A DNA stretch of 64,000 nucleotides from an uncultured Flavobacteriales bacterium (lineage in GTDB: Bacteria; Bacteroidota; Bacteroidia; Flavobacteriales; BACL11). Both the position numbers and the translations under genes were made by a program. The DNA lies in assembly GCA_905612305.1 (NCBI GenBank), contig CAJQRK010000005.1, positions 13,561-77,560 on the forward strand. Direction: 5' to 3'. A model generated the notes under the pieces. The model was not told where the DNA came from, did no database searches, and was given only the letters and a program-made list of their open reading frames with translations. Below, one piece after another: positions 62,033-64,000 of the stretch. The stretch's first letter is position 1; every line of letters starts with the position of its first letter.

Positions 62033-63223
62033 TTACGTAATGATAGAATTTAATATTTTTGTTGTAGCTCCACTATTTTCTTGTATATAATTAATTCCAA
62101 TCGATTTATCAAAAGTTCTAAAAAAGTCAATAGCTGAAATTAGTTCTGTATAATTAGAAATTGAGATAGCTCCTTTCTGCTTTGTCAATTCTATTGCTTC
62201 ATTGAACTTTAGGTAGTTAGGCCCAAAAATAACAGGTAACCCAAAAGCAACTGCTTCTAAAATATTGTGTATTCCAACTCCAAAACCACCTCCAATATAA
62301 GCAGTATTTCCATACTGATAGATATTAGATAGGATACCAATACTGTCAATAATAAGCACATTACTATTACTGATATTTGTATTGTTTGCTTTTGAAAATA
62401 ATAAAGCATTAGTATTCCTTTGTAATGCGCTAATATGTTTTAGCTCATGTGGAGCAATAATGTAATTGTAATTAGGATTTTCCTTAATATATTTTACTAA
62501 AAGGACTTCATCTTTAGGCCAGGTACTACCGCAAATAATGGTGGTTTTGTTTTTGGAAAATCCTTCAATTAAAGGAATTCTTATTGCATTTTGAGTATTG
62601 GTAATAACGCTATCAAAACGGGTGTCGCCTGCAACAGTGCAGTTGGAAAAGCCAATATTTTTCAATAATTCTTTTGAGTTGTTATCCTGAACAAAAAAGT
62701 GACTTACGTTATTAAGTTGCTTTGCAAACCATTTGTGTCTGAAAAAAAATTGTTCCTTTCGGAAGATAGCAGATACACTATAAAAAGGGATATTTTTCTT
62801 TTTAAGCTCAGTCATATAATTGAACCAAAACTCATATTTTATAAATACTACTTTTATGGGTTTTACAATACTGATGAACCTTGTTGCATTTGCTTTAGTG
62901 TCAACCGGAAGGTAAAATATCCAATCAGCAACTTTGTAATTTTTACGGATTTCATATCCAGAAGGTGAGAAGAAAGTCAGTAATATTTTATGTTTAGGGT
63001 ATTTTTGTTTGTAGGCTTTAATAATAGGTTTCCCTTGTTCAAATTCCCCAAGTGATGCACAATGAAACCACACAATATTTTGTTCTTCTTTTATAGCTTT
63101 TGATAATCGCTTAAAAATATGTCTTCTGCCCTTAACCCATAGTTTGGCTTTGACATTAAAAAGTAATGCAAGATATATACCGAATAGATATAAATAGATG
63201 CTTATTTTGTACAAAATACGCAT
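62033..63223 (-). CDS. waaA: 3-deoxy-D-manno-octulosonic acid (Kdo) transferase
   Basis: WFHCASLGE, LTFFSPSGYE, KYEFW, GDTRFD, GSTW and GGGF..HNILEA. Confidence 0.93.
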   Translation of the reverse strand: MRILYKISIYLYLFGIYLALLFNVKAKLWVKGRRHIFKRLSKAIKEEQNIVWFHCASLGEFEQGKPIIKAYKQKYPKHKILLTFFSPSGYEIRKNYKVADWIFYLPVDTKANATRFISIVKPIKVVFIKYEFWFNYMTELKKKNIPFYSVSAIFRKEQFFFRHKWFAKQLNNVSHFFVQDNNSKELLKNIGFSNCTVAGDTRFDSVITNTQNAIRIPLIEGFSKNKTTIICGSTWPKDEVLLVKYIKENPNYNYIIAPHELKHISALQRNTNALLFSKANNTNISNSNVLIIDSIGILSNIYQYGNTAYIGGGFGVGIHNILEAVAFGLPVIFGPNYLKFNEAIELTKQKGAISISNYTELISAIDFFRTFDKSIGINYIQENSGATTKILNSIIT

Positions 63224-63996
63224 TAAAAGTAATGAAATTCCTCTTCATTTTTTCGGTGAATAGGGATAATTATTTCTACTTTAAAGCCAAGTAATTTGCC
63301 CCATGATTTAGAATCTGGGTAATATTCATTTTCTTTAAAATTATAGTCTCTTTGGTTTTTAGTATAAGCCATAGTATAATTTATACCGGCGCTCATCTGG
63401 AATTTTCCGTTTTTGCTATAATATTTATAATCTGCAGAGAACTTACTGCTAAGACCATTAGTAAAACGATCATAACCTTTCTTCATTTCCTCATTAAGCT
63501 GAGGTATATTTTGGTCTTTAGTGTCAATAAAAATTTGATGTTGCAAAAAACCTAGCCCAGTTGATAGATAAAAGCCACTTAAATTGTTGTGATTAAGATT
63601 ATGTAGATATGGGAAATATCGTGTTTTTGCGTTGTGCGCATGAATTGCATAGCCAATAAAAATATATGAAGAAAGACCTCGTTCCATCAGGTTTATATTT
63701 GCATAATGACCATCAGCTCCTATTAAAGCGCCAGTTGATGTAGTTATGTTTTTAAAAATAGTACTGTCTTTTATATTATCTCCAAAAAGATAATCCCCTT
63801 CAATTCCGTAAAACATATTGTTTTCTTTCTCAATTAAAAAAGAGAACCCAATGGACGAGTTGTCACCAAAGTATTTCGCTAAATCACCAATTGGTAATTG
63901 ATGAGTATATCCAAAAGTAAATATACTTTGTTTATTTTCTTGCGCAAAAGAAGTTGAAATAATTATAGTTAGAAATAGTGTAAACAGGCCCCTCAT
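63223..63996 (-). CDS. Hypothetical outer-membrane beta-barrel protein
   Basis: Signal peptide, P.GDLA..FG, amphipathic strands, GYDR motif; translationally coupled to waaA. Confidence 0.6.
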   Translation of the reverse strand: MRGLFTLFLTIIISTSFAQENKQSIFTFGYTHQLPIGDLAKYFGDNSSIGFSFLIEKENNMFYGIEGDYLFGDNIKDSTIFKNITTSTGALIGADGHYANINLMERGLSSYIFIGYAIHAHNAKTRYFPYLHNLNHNNLSGFYLSTGLGFLQHQIFIDTKDQNIPQLNEEMKKGYDRFTNGLSSKFSADYKYYSKNGKFQMSAGINYTMAYTKNQRDYNFKENEYYPDSKSWGKLLGFKVEIIIPIHRKNEEEFHYF

Positions 63997-64000
63997 TTAT

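Noticed and set aside
61905-62090. 61-aa ORF
   Set aside because: It is the tRNA-Leu(TAA) and its terminator read as protein.

Overview
AT-rich, very densely packed chromosomal segment of a Bacteroidota bacterium, most likely a streamlined Flavobacteriales lineage. This is inferred from TAnnTTTG -7 promoter boxes, A-rich non-Shine-Dalgarno starts, T9SS components, DUF4290, DUF3127 and DUF2797, and a group II GGGP synthase. The content is mostly housekeeping: alaS, dnaJ-grpE, murA, ahcY, greA, ruvC, tig-clpP-clpX, thyA/folA/folK, etfAB, a membrane pyrophosphatase, sppA, mutS, waaA and three tRNAs. I saw no mobile element, prophage or CRISPR array. Three things stand out. (1) A 9-kb three-gene cassette encodes a large TonB-dependent receptor, a 1420-aa T9SS-type cargo protein with an atypical C-terminal domain, and its own PorV/PorQ-family barrel, with no SusD. 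(2) A TPP-riboswitch variant has an intact pyrimidine-sensing arm but an altered pyrophosphate-sensing arm; it controls a TonB-dependent receptor next to pnuC and a P-loop kinase. (3) A sigma54-type promoter with an upstream dyad lies in front of grpE-dnaJ, where no CIRCE is present. All calls come from motif recognition by eye; no database searches were run.
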